Assembly (NCBI GenBank): GCA_037441845.1
Contig: JBBIRK010000001.1
Coordinates: 63,836 to 127,835 of the forward strand
Source of the DNA: Candidatus Zixiibacteriota bacterium
GTDB lineage: Bacteria > Zixibacteria > MSB-5A5 > UBA10806 > 4484-95
Direction: 5' to 3'
Length of the DNA: 64,000 bases
Shown here piece after piece: positions 19,363 to 32,244 of this stretch. The notes under the pieces were generated by a model. It was not told where the DNA came from. It saw only the letters and a program-made list of their open reading frames with translations, and did not search any database. Both the position numbers and the translations under genes were made by a program. How positions within the stretch are numbered: position 1 is the stretch's first letter; each line of letters opens with the position of its first letter.

Positions 19363-19534
19363 AAGCAGACACAGTCAAAAGACAAAACGGAAATAAACAA
19401 TGTTTCCTCTCACCAAGAACCGCCGATCAGAGCTTCATATCGCCATGCTTGGCTATGCAGCTTTATATCTATCCCCTGACCGAAAAGGCACATGTTCAAA
19501 CCTGATGCCGCCGAGACGCCAAAAAGGATAATTT

Positions 19535-20698
19535 ATGTCGAAACTCAACTCTTTGGACGACCCGAAATTATTTCTCGACAGCAAACAGCTCGGTAAATTG
19601 ATCAAACTGCTGGCTGAAAACGGCTACGATGTAATCGGCCCGGTATGCCGCGACAACGCCATAATCTATAACCATATAGACGATGTCAGCCAGTTGCCTC
19701 GGGGCTGGAGCGATCAGCAGGGTGCCGCCTACTATCGGCTCAAAAAAGACCAACATGACCTATATTTTAACTACACGGTCGGCCCGAATTCGCTGAAAAC
19801 TTTTCTGTTCCCGCCTTTTATTGAACTGTGGCAGGCACAGAAGAAACCCGGGGGCATAAAGATAAATTACAATCACGACAAAATAAAGAAAACGGCCGTG
19901 ATAGGTCTCAGAGCTTGCGAGTTGGCCGCCTTGGCCGTCCACGATCGGGTCCTTACCAAAGATAAATACAAAGATCATGATTACGAACAAAGGCGAAAAA
20001 ATATTTTCATTATCGGAGTCATTTGCACCCGCGCCGGCGGAACCTGCTTTTGTGTTTCTATGGGGACCGGGCCGCAGATAAACTCAGGATACGATATTGC
20101 GCTAACGGAAATAAAAAGAGGCGATTCGCATGGTTTCGTCGCCGAGCCGGGTTCGGAAAAAGGGCGGTCGATTTTAACGCTTTTGCGGGCGCGCCGGGCT
20201 AAACAGGACGATCTTAATGCCGCCGCCGAGGCAATCTCCCGGGCTGAGACGGGAATGCAATTGAGCCTTGACACCAAGAGCATTCCGACACGGCTGGCTG
20301 TAAATGTGGAAAGTCCCCATTGGGATAAAGTGGCCGAGCGCTGTCTGGCATGTTCTAACTGCACTATGGTCTGCCCTACATGTTTCTGTACCACTGTTAT
20401 CGATTCGACCGATTTGACCGGCATGACGGCATCCCGCAGCCGCAAATGGGATAGTTGTTTCAGGCTCGATTATTCTTACATTCACGGCGGCAGCATCAGG
20501 CAATCGATAAAATCGAGATATCGCCAATGGCTGACCCATAAGTTGTCATCATGGGTCGATCAATTTGGAACATTCGGCTGCGTCGGTTGCGGGCGATGCA
20601 TAACATGGTGCCCGGTGGGAATAAATATGGTGGAAGAGGCGAAAGCCGTAATCGAATCGGATAAAAAAACGGAAAGCTTAATTAAGGTAGAGGAATAA
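19535..20698 (+). CDS. Group 3b [NiFe]-hydrogenase (sulfhydrogenase) beta subunit, 4Fe-4S dicluster
   Basis: CLACSNCTMVCPTCFC, RSRKWDSCF, RYRQWLTHK, GCVGCGRCITWCPVGI. Confidence 0.92.
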   Translation: MSKLNSLDDPKLFLDSKQLGKLIKLLAENGYDVIGPVCRDNAIIYNHIDDVSQLPRGWSDQQGAAYYRLKKDQHDLYFNYTVGPNSLKTFLFPPFIELWQAQKKPGGIKINYNHDKIKKTAVIGLRACELAALAVHDRVLTKDKYKDHDYEQRRKNIFIIGVICTRAGGTCFCVSMGTGPQINSGYDIALTEIKRGDSHGFVAEPGSEKGRSILTLLRARRAKQDDLNAAAEAISRAETGMQLSLDTKSIPTRLAVNVESPHWDKVAERCLACSNCTMVCPTCFCTTVIDSTDLTGMTASRSRKWDSCFRLDYSYIHGGSIRQSIKSRYRQWLTHKLSSWVDQFGTFGCVGCGRCITWCPVGINMVEEAKAVIESDKKTESLIKVEE

Positions 20699-20703
20699 AC
20701 ATT

Positions 20704-21180
20704 ATGGAAACTTTGGAGCCGTTGCTCGCGGAACACCCGTTTTTCAAAGGTCTCGAGCCGCACCATATCAGGCTGCTGGTCGGCTGCGCCTCGAATGTAA
20801 GATACAATCCGGGCGAGTTCCTATTCAGAGAGGGCGAAGAAGCCAATAAATTTTTCGTAATAAGATACGGCAAGGTCTCGGTCGAGGTCTATCAGCCGCA
20901 GAAGGGGCCGATCACCATTCAGACCCTCGGCGAGGGTGACGTCCTCGGCTGGTCGTGGCTGGTAAGCCCTTATCAATGGCGTTTCGATGCGAGAGCGATG
21001 GAATTGACCAGAGCGATCGCTCTCGATGGCAAATGCCTCAGAGGAAAATGCGAGGACGATCACGGCCTTGGTTACGAATTGCTGAAAAGGTTCGCCGGCA
21101 TGATCGCCGACAGGTTGGAAGCCACAAGAGTGCAACTGTTGGATATTTATGGCACGCACTGCGGCAAAACCAAAAAGTAA
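20704..21180 (+). CDS. Stand-alone cyclic-nucleotide-binding domain protein
   Basis: HPFFKGL, LFREGEEANKFFVIRYGKV, LGEGDVLGWSW. 158 aa with no C-terminal HTH. Confidence 0.9.
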   Translation: METLEPLLAEHPFFKGLEPHHIRLLVGCASNVRYNPGEFLFREGEEANKFFVIRYGKVSVEVYQPQKGPITIQTLGEGDVLGWSWLVSPYQWRFDARAMELTRAIALDGKCLRGKCEDDHGLGYELLKRFAGMIADRLEATRVQLLDIYGTHCGKTKK

Positions 21181-22018
21181 AATCGGCGAGACCGATAACC
21201 AGTTCGTACCCCGGCAGTGGGTCATCGAACGGAATGCGCGGGAAACGCATGACACTTTCACGATCACGCTCAGACCCCGCGATGGTAAAATCGGCTGTAA
21301 TTTCGCATGCGGCCAGTTCAATATGCTTTATCTTTTCGGTACAGGCGAGGTCCCGATATCGATCAGCGGCGATCCGTCGCGGCCCGAGAGACTGATACAT
21401 ACTATTCGCGCGGTAGGGACGGTTACTCAGGCGATGGCAAGACTGAAAACGGGAGATATAATCGGCGTGAGAGGACCTTTCGGAATAGGCTGGCCGGTCG
21501 AGGAAGCAAGCGGGTATGATTTGGTGATAATCGCCGGCGGGATCGGTCTTGCGCCGCTGCGTCCGGTGATCTATCAGGCACTTCAAAAGCGCAGCGATTT
21601 CGGCCGGGTGGTGCTGCTGTATGGATCACGCACCCCCGACGATCTTCTTTACCGGCGTGAACTCGAAAAGTGGCGGGCGCGCCTCGATGTGGAGGTACTG
21701 GTGACGGTCGATCGAGCCTTGAGCGACTGGCGAGGAAACGTGGGCGTTGTAACCAAACTGATAGCCAAAGCCGGATTCGATCCTTTGCATGCGATAGCCA
21801 TGGTCTGCGGACCGGAAATCATGATGCGGTTCACCGCAACCGAACTTTTGGCAAGAGGGGTTCCCAAAGAAAATGTTTATCTTTCGATGGAAAGAAACAT
21901 GCGTTGCGGGATCGGGCTGTGCGGCCATTGCCAGATGGGACCTACTTTTATCTGCAAGAGCGGTCCGGTTTACCGATACGATTATATCAAAGATATGTTG
22001 ACCAGGCGGGAGATCTGA
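21149..22018 (+). CDS. Group 3b hydrogenase gamma subunit (FAD/NAD-binding, 2Fe-2S)
   Basis: [56 protein letters not shown]. Confidence 0.93.
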   Translation: MARTAAKPKSKIGETDNQFVPRQWVIERNARETHDTFTITLRPRDGKIGCNFACGQFNMLYLFGTGEVPISISGDPSRPERLIHTIRAVGTVTQAMARLKTGDIIGVRGPFGIGWPVEEASGYDLVIIAGGIGLAPLRPVIYQALQKRSDFGRVVLLYGSRTPDDLLYRRELEKWRARLDVEVLVTVDRALSDWRGNVGVVTKLIAKAGFDPLHAIAMVCGPEIMMRFTATELLARGVPKENVYLSMERNMRCGIGLCGHCQMGPTFICKSGPVYRYDYIKDMLTRREI

Positions 22019-22020
22019 TT

Positions 22021-22792
22021 ATGACCGCGAAAAGAAAACCTCGGCTGGCGGTGTGGAAATTCGCCTCCTGCGACGGCTGTCAGTTAAGCATTCTTGACTG
22101 CGAGGACGAACTGCTGGCGGTGGCCGAACATATCGAAATCGCCAATTTCCCCGAGGCCTCGAGCGCCGTGGCCAAGGGACCTTACGACATCTCGCTGGTC
22201 GAGGGGTCGATAACCACGCCGCATGACGCCGAGCGGATACACGCCATCCGTAAAATGTCGAAAACGCTGATAACCATAGGCGCATGCGCAGTCTCTGGCG
22301 GAATTCAGGCGTTGCGGAATTTTCAGGAAGACGTGAGCTGCTACGTGAATATCGTCTACGCCAATCCGGACTATATCCGATCGCTGAACAAATCGACGCC
22401 CATCGACGACCATGTGCCGGTGGATTTCAAACTTCGCGGCTGCCCGATAAACAAATACCAGTTGATGGAGGTGATAAACGCTTTCCTGAATTCGCGCAAG
22501 CCAAATATCCCCGCGCACAGCGTATGTATGGAATGCAAGATGAAAGGGGTAATCTGCCTGATGGTGTCGGCAGGAATCCCTTGCCTGGGACCGGTGACAC
22601 ATGCAGGCTGCGATGCGCTCTGTCCGAGTTACAATCGGGGATGTTTCGGCTGTTATGGTCCCAAAGAAACCCCGAATACGAAATCGCTGGCCGACCATTT
22701 CTCGAAAATCGGGCTGGACAACCGGGATATCATGAGGCGATTCCGCGGTTTCAACGCCTATGCCGAGGCTTTCCGAAAGGAGAGTGAAGCCC

Positions 22793-22803
<11 letters not shown>
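22021..22803 (+). CDS. Group 3b hydrogenase delta (small) subunit
   Basis: [46 protein letters not shown]...RGCFGCYGP. No Tat signal. Start trimmed from the ORF at 21670. Confidence 0.93.
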
Positions 22804-24082
<1,279 letters not shown>

Positions 24083-24089
24083 GTGAACC

Positions 24090-24599
24090 ATGACCGGCGG
24101 TCATGATCACGATGGTGCAAGAGGCGCCGTCCGACGGGCGGTCATAATAGGTGTCGGCAACGAAAACCGCGGCGATGACGGGATCGGAATAATCACGGCC
24201 CGACGGATTCGCAGGGTTCTGGGCGATACGATACCGATATTCGAAAACGACGGCGACGGCGCCGCTCTGATCGAGCAGTGGAGAAGCGCCGAGCTGGCGA
24301 TCGTTATCGATGCCGCCCATGGCGGCGACCGAATAGGGCAGATAAAAAAATTCTCGGCAGATGAAAATCCGCTGCCCGCCATTACCTTTCCCAAAGGATC
24401 GACCCATAATTTCGGCTTGATTGAAGCGGTGGAAACGGCTCAGGCACTGGGAACGCTTCCCAGAAAGTTAATAATATACGTTATCGAGGGCGATTCGTTC
24501 GCTTTCGGCGCGGCGGTCAGCCCGGAGGTTCTCGAATCGGTGGGGCCGCTTATCGAAGATATCCGCCTGCTGTTGCGCAGGGAAGGCTTTACGGCGTAA
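24090..24599 (+). CDS. Hydrogenase maturation protease
   Basis: IIGVGNENRGDDGIG, IVIDA, STHNFGL. Confidence 0.92.
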   Translation: MTGGHDHDGARGAVRRAVIIGVGNENRGDDGIGIITARRIRRVLGDTIPIFENDGDGAALIEQWRSAELAIVIDAAHGGDRIGQIKKFSADENPLPAITFPKGSTHNFGLIEAVETAQALGTLPRKLIIYVIEGDSFAFGAAVSPEVLESVGPLIEDIRLLLRREGFTA

Positions 24600-24602
24600 T
24601 TT

Positions 24603-26924
24603 ATGCGCTTGTCAAGTTTACGTTGCATGGAAACGGATTCGCGCAAGAGACTGGTCATTGGAATCCAGGGAGCCGTACAAGGGGTCGGATTCCGGCCGTT
24701 CGTATATCGCTTGGCTACCACATTAGGGCTTGCCGGCATGGTTAAAAATACCGTTGCCGGCGTTTCAATCGAGCTCGAGGGACCGACGGAAACATTGGCT
24801 AAATTCCTTTCGGCGATAGAGACGGAGAAGCCTCCTTTGGCGCATATTCGCAAGCTCGAATACCGCTATGCCGACCCGAAAGGTTACCGGGGATTTACGA
24901 TTTCCCAAAGTGAATCCGCCGCAGAGAAAAGAGCGTTGATCTTACCCGATATCGCCACCTGCCGGGATTGCTTGGCGGAGATCCGCGACCCGAAAAACAG
25001 GCGTTATCGGTATCCGTTTACGAATTGCACCAATTGCGGGCCCCGTTTCAGCATAATCACGGCTCTGCCTTATGACAGGCCCAATACCACGATGACCGCA
25101 TTTTCGATGTGCGATGACTGCCGGGACGAATACGAAAATCCTACGGATAGAAGATATCACGCCCAACCGATCGCCTGCCCGGCTTGCGGCCCTAAGGTCG
25201 AACTCTGGAACGATCAAGGAAAAATCGAGTCTGACGGCGATGAAGCGATCGCCCGATCCGTCGAATTGATTGAACGAGGAATGGTTTTGGCTATCAAGGG
25301 ACTGGGGGGATTCCACCTTATAGTCAACGCGGCCGATGACGATGCGGTGAAAAAATTGCGGCGACGCAAGAAGCGCCCCGATAAACCATTCGCCATGATG
25401 TTTCCTTCCCTTGATACCATAAAAGCGATATGCGAAGTGTCGCCGGATGAACAACGAATTCTTGATTCGCCGCAGGCGCCGATAGTGCTTTTGAATCGCC
25501 GGGCGGACCCGGCAGCCGATTCGATCGTTTCTCCGGCCGTCGCACCGTCGTGTAAGTATCTCGGGATAATGCTTCCCTACACGCCGCTACACCATATTCT
25601 GCTCGAGCGTTTGCAAAAACCGATAGTCGCAACGAGCGGCAACCTTTCGGACGAGCCGATCTGTATAGATGAAAAAAAGGCGGTGATCAGGCTGGCCGGC
25701 GTGGCCGATTATTATCTGGTCCACAACCGACGCATAAGCCATCACGTCGATGACTCGGTAGTCGGCATGGTATGCGGAAAGCCGCAGGTCTTGAGGCGGG
25801 CACGCGGATTCGCTCCGCTTCCGATTACAGTCGGCGATCAAACTCAAACAGTTTTGGCTGTGGGCGGTCACCTCAAAAACACGGTGGCGATGGCGGTGGC
25901 TGACAATGTATTCATAAGTCAGCATATAGGCGATTTGGAGACGGAAGAGACCGCTGAAACTTTCGCGGCCGTTATAGCCGATTTAGGCGGATTATATGGG
26001 GCGGCGCCGGAAGTGATCGCCTGTGATATGCACCCGGAGTATATCAGCACGAATTACGCGAGAAAAAAAGCAGGTATTATACGAGAAGTTCAGCATCATT
26101 ACGCCCACATTCTCTCGTGCATGGCGGAAAATGGCATATCGCCGCCCTGCCTGGGGGTATGCTGGGATGGCACCGGCTATGGAATCGATAAGACAATCTG
26201 GGGCGGCGAATTTCTTATCATCGATGAAAACGATTTCCGCCGACTTGCCTGCTTTCACAGATTCAAGTTGCCCGGAGGCGAAAAAGCGGTCCGCGAACCG
26301 AGACGAGCGGCGGTCGGAGCGCTTTATGAGATATACGGACCGGACGTTTTCGAACAAACCGAACTGCCTCCGATAATGAGCTTTACCAATTTAGAAAAGA
26401 TTAATCTTGCAAGAATGCTTGAAGCAGGTGTCAATTCACCGCTGACCTCAAGCGTAGGCAGATTGTTCGATGCCGCCGCTTCGCTATGTAACCTTCGCCA
26501 GATCTGCACCTTTGAGGGACAGGCGGCCATCGAGCTTGAATATGCGATCGCCGGCGGCCGGAAAGATCCAGGTTATGAACTGCCAATCACGCGGAACATG
26601 GTCCCCATCACTATAGACTGGCGGCCGCTATTTATGCAGCTGATCGCGGACTACCAAACGGGTGTTCCTACCGGTGAAATCGCGGCGCGGTTTCACAACG
26701 CTCTGGCGAAGTCGATCGTGGCGATCGCCCGAATCGCCGATTTGCCGAACGTCGTGTTGTCGGGCGGATGTTTTCAAAATCGGTATCTGAGCGAGGCAGC
26801 GATTGATTTATTGCAAAAGGCTGGATTTAGAGCTTGGTGGCATCGGCAGATTCCGCCGAACGATGGTGGAATATCTCTCGGGCAGGCGATCGCCGCGCAA
26901 AGATATTTATCGGGGAGGCCATGA
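24603..26924 (+). CDS. hypF: Carbamoyltransferase HypF
   Basis: GAVQGVGFRPFVY, C-x2-C zinc fingers, KGLGGFHL, QHHYAH, DGTGYG, PPNDGGISLGQ. The start may be 24627. Confidence 0.96.
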   Translation: MRLSSLRCMETDSRKRLVIGIQGAVQGVGFRPFVYRLATTLGLAGMVKNTVAGVSIELEGPTETLAKFLSAIETEKPPLAHIRKLEYRYADPKGYRGFTISQSESAAEKRALILPDIATCRDCLAEIRDPKNRRYRYPFTNCTNCGPRFSIITALPYDRPNTTMTAFSMCDDCRDEYENPTDRRYHAQPIACPACGPKVELWNDQGKIESDGDEAIARSVELIERGMVLAIKGLGGFHLIVNAADDDAVKKLRRRKKRPDKPFAMMFPSLDTIKAICEVSPDEQRILDSPQAPIVLLNRRADPAADSIVSPAVAPSCKYLGIMLPYTPLHHILLERLQKPIVATSGNLSDEPICIDEKKAVIRLAGVADYYLVHNRRISHHVDDSVVGMVCGKPQVLRRARGFAPLPITVGDQTQTVLAVGGHLKNTVAMAVADNVFISQHIGDLETEETAETFAAVIADLGGLYGAAPEVIACDMHPEYISTNYARKKAGIIREVQHHYAHILSCMAENGISPPCLGVCWDGTGYGIDKTIWGGEFLIIDENDFRRLACFHRFKLPGGEKAVREPRRAAVGALYEIYGPDVFEQTELPPIMSFTNLEKINLARMLEAGVNSPLTSSVGRLFDAAASLCNLRQICTFEGQAAIELEYAIAGGRKDPGYELPITRNMVPITIDWRPLFMQLIADYQTGVPTGEIAARFHNALAKSIVAIARIADLPNVVLSGGCFQNRYLSEAAIDLLQKAGFRAWWHRQIPPNDGGISLGQAIAAQRYLSGRP

Positions 26925-27184
26925 TGTGTCTCGCCGTGCCGGGAAAAATAATCGAGATCACAGGCGCCGATATCGAAAAATCGGCTAAAATAGATTTCGG
27001 GGGCATTACCAAGTGGGTGAGTCTTGCGGTTCTGCCTGATGCGGCCGTAGGTGATTATGTAATCGTTCACGCAGGAGTTGCTATATCGCGAATCGACGAA
27101 GCCGAAGCGAAACGGGCATTCGAATATTTTGAACGGATCTCGACTGAGGTAAATGAAAGCGGCGAAAATGAAGTTTCTGACTGA
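26924..27184 (+). CDS. hypC: Hydrogenase maturation chaperone HypC
   Basis: [21 protein letters not shown]. Start chosen so that Cys is residue 2. Confidence 0.95.
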   Translation: MCLAVPGKIIEITGADIEKSAKIDFGGITKWVSLAVLPDAAVGDYVIVHAGVAISRIDEAEAKRAFEYFERISTEVNESGENEVSD

Positions 27185-28274
27185 ATACCGCAACAATGAA
27201 CTCGTCGTCAAATATCTGCAAGCAGTCATAAAGACTCTCCGGCGGCCATGGACGATGATGGAGATCTGCGGTGGACAGACGCACTCGATACTGAAATACG
27301 GTATAGACCAGATGTTGCCGGGCGAAATAACGTTGCTTCATGGTCCCGGTTGTCCGGTATGCGTAACCCCGATAGAGTTGATAGATAAAGCGATCGCATT
27401 GGCTGAAATTCCGGATGTCATTCTCTGCACGTTCGGCGACATGATGCGAGTTCCCGGGTCCGGCGGTAATTTGCTCGAGGCCAAAGCCGAAGGCTGCGAT
27501 ATTCGGATGGTTTATTCGCCGCTTGAATCGATCAGAGTGGCGGAAAACAACCTTGACCGAAGGGTGGTCTTTTTCGGAATCGGATTCGAGACCACCGCAC
27601 CGACCACCGCGTTGGCATTGATACAAGCGAAAAAAAGGCGGCTTGCGAATTTTTCAGTTTTGTCGGCGCATGTGCGTGTTCCTCCGGCGATTGAACTGAT
27701 TCTTTCCTCATCGGAAAACCAGGTGCAGGCTTTTCTGGCCGCCGGTCATGTCTGCACCGTTATGGGATACCGCGAGTATATACCGATCGCGGAAAAGTAT
27801 AATGTTCCGATCGTGGTCACCGGTTTCGAGCCGGTCGATATTATGCAAGGAATTTACATGGCAATCAAACAGCTCGAACGAGGTGCGGCTGCCGTGGAAA
27901 ACCAATACAGCCGAGTCGTCTCGAAAAACGGCAACGAAACCGCCCGAAAGCTTATCGATGAAGTGTTCCAGGTCGAATCGAGGAAATGGCGGGGCATCGG
28001 CGAAATCGAAGGCGGTGGATTGGCGATCAAACCCGAGTATGCAGCCCTTGACGCCGCAAAAATATTCGACTTGCCCGATGAAAATATCGAAGAGTCTTCA
28101 CGCTGCTGGAGCGGCAAGGTCTTAAGAGGTCTTATCAAGCCGCCCGAGTGTCCGTCGTTCACGATCGACTGTTTCCCGGAGCATCCCCTGGGAGCGCCAA
28201 TGGTATCGGCTGAGGGAGCCTGCGCCGCCTATTACAATTATGCGAACTCCCGGCAGGGAAAGACAAACGCATGA
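27153..28274 (+). CDS. hypD: Hydrogenase maturation protein HypD
   Basis: [41 protein letters not shown]. The start may be 27168. Confidence 0.96.
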   Translation: MKAAKMKFLTEYRNNELVVKYLQAVIKTLRRPWTMMEICGGQTHSILKYGIDQMLPGEITLLHGPGCPVCVTPIELIDKAIALAEIPDVILCTFGDMMRVPGSGGNLLEAKAEGCDIRMVYSPLESIRVAENNLDRRVVFFGIGFETTAPTTALALIQAKKRRLANFSVLSAHVRVPPAIELILSSSENQVQAFLAAGHVCTVMGYREYIPIAEKYNVPIVVTGFEPVDIMQGIYMAIKQLERGAAAVENQYSRVVSKNGNETARKLIDEVFQVESRKWRGIGEIEGGGLAIKPEYAALDAAKIFDLPDENIEESSRCWSGKVLRGLIKPPECPSFTIDCFPEHPLGAPMVSAEGACAAYYNYANSRQGKTNA

Positions 28275-29353
28275 ACGAGAAGTCAGATAATAAGCTTTCG
28301 CCGATAGACCGAATCAGTTGCCCGGTGACGACGTCGAACTACGACCACATCTTGCTTGCCCATGGCGGCGGCGGAAAATTGACCGCCGACCTTATCGAAA
28401 AAGCGTTTTTGCCGGCGTTCGGTGACCCGGCTCTCGCTGAACGCCATGATGGCGCAGAATTTAATATAGAAGGAATTCGTCTGGCGATCTCCACCGATTC
28501 GTTCGTGGTTACGCCTTTATTTTTCCCGGGCGGCGATATCGGAAAGCTGGCCGTTTTCGGCACGCTGAACGATCTGGCGATGTGCGGAGCCAGACCGCTC
28601 TTTTTAAGCGCGGCTTTCATTATCGAGGAGGGATTACCGCTAAGCACGGTCAATCTGGTCGCCGAATCGATGGGTCAAGCGGCGAAAAAAACTGGAATCC
28701 GTCTGGTCACCGGCGATACCAAAGTTATCGAAAGGAAAAGCGGCAATGATCTGTACATCACCACCACCGGCATCGGAACGATCGAACATGATCTCAAGAT
28801 CTTCCCCAAATCCATAAGAGAAGGCGATAAGATAGTTTTAAGCGGCGATATCGGACGCCACGGAATCGCCGTCATGGCCTGCCGCGAGGGATTCGAATTC
28901 GAAACGACTATCGAAAGCGACTGCGCCCCGCTCTGGAATCAAGTGGAGATTTTGCTGCGAAACGATATAGAAATCCATTGCCTGAGAGATCTCACCAGAG
29001 GAGGTTTGGCCACCGCTCTGGTCGAGATTGCGGAGGCGGCCGGTTTGCGCTTGACGATCGATGAATGTCTGATTCCAGTAAACGAACCGGTAAGGGGAGC
29101 CTGCGAAATACTGGGATTGGACCCGCTTTACGTCGCCAACGAAGGGCGATTCGTATGTTTCGTTCCGGAAAAAGATACAGCAAAAACGCTGGATTGGCTA
29201 CGGACGATTGTTCCCGAAGCCGTCGTAATCGGACAGGCAACCGGAACTCGCAAACACGATGAAGCCCATAGACATGTGGTGATGAAAACCGCGCTGGGAA
29301 CGACACGGATAATCGACCGATTGACTGGCGAACAGCTGCCGAGAATCTGCTGA
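28271..29353 (+). CDS. hypE: Hydrogenase maturation protein HypE
   Basis: [35 protein letters not shown]-terminal LPRIC. Confidence 0.96.
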   Translation: MNEKSDNKLSPIDRISCPVTTSNYDHILLAHGGGGKLTADLIEKAFLPAFGDPALAERHDGAEFNIEGIRLAISTDSFVVTPLFFPGGDIGKLAVFGTLNDLAMCGARPLFLSAAFIIEEGLPLSTVNLVAESMGQAAKKTGIRLVTGDTKVIERKSGNDLYITTTGIGTIEHDLKIFPKSIREGDKIVLSGDIGRHGIAVMACREGFEFETTIESDCAPLWNQVEILLRNDIEIHCLRDLTRGGLATALVEIAEAAGLRLTIDECLIPVNEPVRGACEILGLDPLYVANEGRFVCFVPEKDTAKTLDWLRTIVPEAVVIGQATGTRKHDEAHRHVVMKTALGTTRIIDRLTGEQLPRIC

Positions 29354-29359
29354 CTTTTC

Positions 29360-30226
29360 CTAACTGCCGATGTTTTTCCCCGCGATTAAATCGTCGCAGA
29401 GCCGCTGCAACCGTTTCGCCGTCGCGGGAGCATGACCGGCGTAATGGTTGTTTATGTACACAAAATTTGACACCCCTCGGCCGGCCAATTCAGCCAGCAG
29501 GACAGCCCATCTTTGCAATCGGTCATTTTGATCGATGACCTCCTTATCCCAGGTCGAGGTGATCGATTCGATTTTTTTTCGGTCGCCGAGCAATCTGATA
29601 TAGCAGCCGTTCGACGATTCGGGTCGGAATATCTCGGGAAGTTGATCGCCATGCGGCATCCATGGATGATCGACCATGACCGCAGCAGCCCCGAATTTCC
29701 TGCACATGGCGGCAAATCTCGAAATGAGCCATTGTCGATTCCTGATTTCGATGGCATAACGGAATTTGACGGGCAGATCTTCCATAAAACGCTCGAGCTT
29801 ATCGAAAAATGCGTCAGCTTCGGAGAACACCGCTTTCGAGAAAAAAGGAAATTGCAGCAAAATAAATCCGAGCTTGGATCCGAGCGACTCCACCGAATCC
29901 AGGAAACGGTCTCGATCGTTTTTTGCCGAATCGCCGTCGAGAATCTTGGCCGGATCTGGTCTTGCCTCTTTTCCCCCGTGAACGATGCTGCGCGGAAATT
30001 TGACGCTTATGATGAATCCCTCAGGAGTCGAATCAGCCCAATTGCGGATGATGTTTTTCGAAGGAATGGCATAGTAGGTGGAATCGATCTCCACCGTGTC
30101 GAACGCATTCGAATAGTACGCCAAAAAGTTCCTCTCCTCGGTTCCCTGAGGGTAAAAAGGACCGATCCAATCCCGGGACGAAAAAGATGATGTCCCAATT
30201 CTAATCTTATCATCAGTCGATTTCAT
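29360..30226 (-). CDS. DUF72 domain protein
   Basis: IRIGTSSF, FDTVEIDSTYY, LLQFP, AIEIRN, YIRLLG, YINNHYAGHAP. Confidence 0.9.
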   Translation of the reverse strand: MKSTDDKIRIGTSSFSSRDWIGPFYPQGTEERNFLAYYSNAFDTVEIDSTYYAIPSKNIIRNWADSTPEGFIISVKFPRSIVHGGKEARPDPAKILDGDSAKNDRDRFLDSVESLGSKLGFILLQFPFFSKAVFSEADAFFDKLERFMEDLPVKFRYAIEIRNRQWLISRFAAMCRKFGAAAVMVDHPWMPHGDQLPEIFRPESSNGCYIRLLGDRKKIESITSTWDKEVIDQNDRLQRWAVLLAELAGRGVSNFVYINNHYAGHAPATAKRLQRLCDDLIAGKNIGS

Positions 30227-30448
30227 AAGCCATTCGATCCGGCTCAACTGTTGGCAGGATAATTCATTTGTGAAAAATGCCGGCGCCTTTTGCAACATTG
30301 ACTTTTGGGACGCTTCCACCGGTTATAAACAATAATTCGCCGGTATCGGTTCACGGGTCATACACTTCGGGAATCGGCGAACCAGCATTATGATTATCGA
30401 CCTACGAAAATATCGCCGATTAAGGCGCCAAGGGAATTTTGGGCACGA

Positions 30449-31492
30449 TCATGAGGAACGCGATTGGGTCGGCTTGGGAACGGCGGAATTTTGAATATAA
30501 TCACCGTCTTCGCGATCTCTCTCGCTTATAAGTTTCTTGAAGCTCAACCCCTCGCGAATGGAAAAAAACCAGCCCAATAGCAGCGGCGGAAGGTAATTGA
30601 ACGTATGAAGGATTATCGAAAAACTGAGAGCCGTCTGCCTACCTACATGAAACAGCGAAAGGGCGAATACGCAGGCCAGTTGAAACGTTCCGATATTGAC
30701 AGGCGTGACGACGATGGTCACCAGAACGGTGTTGATAATCATTATTATCACCGCTCCCCAGAAAGTGATGTTCAACGAAAAAGCGGCTATCAGCAGATAA
30801 ACCATTATCGCTTGCAGCAGCCACGAAAGAGCAGTCAGAGCGGAAACCAGATAAAGATGTTTGCGGCTGCGAAGCATTTTCAGGCCGACTATAAAACTGT
30901 TCTTGATATCCGTCAATCGTTCGATCCACGAAACCGCCGGCCAATCTATTCTCCTTTTGACCTTCAACTCGGCCTCGTGATGATGGCGGGACATCCGCCA
31001 GAGCACGATCGAAAGCGCGATGACGAGAACGGCACCGATAATCTCCCAGCTGCGTATCGATTCCGGAAACACGTAAAATAGCGATACCACAAAAAGCAAA
31101 CCCACCAAAACCAGCGCATCGAATAAAATCTCGAGCACCACCGAGGTGAATGCGGTCGTCTTTTTGATGTCCTCCTTGCGGGCAAGCAGAAAAATGCGGG
31201 CCACCTGCCCGGTGAGCGCCGGCATCAACAGGTTCATCATCATGCCTATGGAGAAGGTGGAAAATATGCTCAGTGAATCGACTTTCTTGCCGGCATCGAT
31301 GATGAATTTCCAGCGCTGCGATCGAACGAATGCGATAACGAACTCGCATACGCTTAAAGGAAGCAGATACCAGAAATTAATGCTTTTTATAATAGGCCAG
31401 ATTCTATCGAAATTGAAATCTCGAAAAATGAATATACTTAAAGCTATTGCCAGGATTGCAGCCCAAAACCTCTTGCGCTTAAGCAAATTCAA
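30449..31492 (-). CDS. Lysylphosphatidylglycerol-synthase TM region / flippase-like membrane protein (UPF0104)
   Basis: RSQRWK, MNLLMPA..GQVAR, TPVNIGTF, about 8 TM helices. TTG start overlaps the batE stop. Confidence 0.85.
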   Translation of the reverse strand: MNLLKRKRFWAAILAIALSIFIFRDFNFDRIWPIIKSINFWYLLPLSVCEFVIAFVRSQRWKFIIDAGKKVDSLSIFSTFSIGMMMNLLMPALTGQVARIFLLARKEDIKKTTAFTSVVLEILFDALVLVGLLFVVSLFYVFPESIRSWEIIGAVLVIALSIVLWRMSRHHHEAELKVKRRIDWPAVSWIERLTDIKNSFIVGLKMLRSRKHLYLVSALTALSWLLQAIMVYLLIAAFSLNITFWGAVIIMIINTVLVTIVVTPVNIGTFQLACVFALSLFHVGRQTALSFSIILHTFNYLPPLLLGWFFSIREGLSFKKLISERDREDGDYIQNSAVPKPTQSRSS

Positions 31493-32244
31493 AATCGTAT
31501 CTCCATCACGGCATCCATCGGAACCCACCCTTTCAATCCATTGGCTAATTCCACCAAATAATACCCTTGCCTCGACGATAGAATATTGAGTTCGAGTCCG
31601 TCATGGCAGGTGAGTAATTTGCCGAAATCTTCTCCTGGACCCTCAATCAACTCGATCGAAGGGGTCACGATCACTCCCGGACGCTGTCTGAGTTCTTGTT
31701 TGATCGCGGAACCCGCAACCAGCGAAGTCAAAATAAGCAGCGAACCGATAATAATCAAAAGATAAATTAGTCTTCGTCTATGCCCGGCGGACAGGATTAG
31801 CAAAGAAATTACCGCCGCGGAAAACCAGAATAAGACCGCGCACGCCATAAGATAAAAATCAGGACTCATGAATCCGATGATCTCAAACCATATATCACCC
31901 AATATGCCCCGCGGCTGCAGTTCGACTTTATCGACGACTTGATTCCGCACGAGTCGCAGGTTTTCTTCGCAAACCTTCAGCGACGGCTTCACTATAAGGG
32001 CTTTTCTATAATAACCTATCGCCGCACCGATTTTGCCGGCCTTATAATACGCATTTCCCAAATTATAAAACAGCTCTCCGGAAACGACTCCGCGCTCGAC
32101 CAGACTTAAATAGGATTTAATAGCCCGATCGTAATCGCCGCTATCGTAAGCGCTGTTGGCTTCGTTCCACAAATCCAACTGCGTCGCCGATGTATGCGGC
32201 ATGGCCACAAGCGTAAAAACAAAGACTGTCAAAATCCGGATCAA
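31489..32244 (-). CDS. batE: BatE-like TPR + TM + SH3b protein
   Basis: ANSAYDSGDY, LFYNLGNAYYK, two TM helices, GP...HDG...LANGLKGWVP. Confidence 0.88.
   Translation of the reverse strand: MIRILTVFVFTLVAMPHTSATQLDLWNEANSAYDSGDYDRAIKSYLSLVERGVVSGELFYNLGNAYYKAGKIGAAIGYYRKALIVKPSLKVCEENLRLVRNQVVDKVELQPRGILGDIWFEIIGFMSPDFYLMACAVLFWFSAAVISLLILSAGHRRRLIYLLIIIGSLLILTSLVAGSAIKQELRQRPGVIVTPSIELIEGPGEDFGKLLTCHDGLELNILSSRQGYYLVELANGLKGWVPMDAVMEIRF

Noticed and set aside
19400-19531. 43-aa uORF ending 3 nt before the hydrogenase beta gene
   Set aside because: Weak RBS and no telling composition; cannot be supported.
21670-22020. N-terminal extension of the hydrogenase delta ORF
   Set aside because: Overlaps the gamma gene; family motifs begin after ATG 22021.
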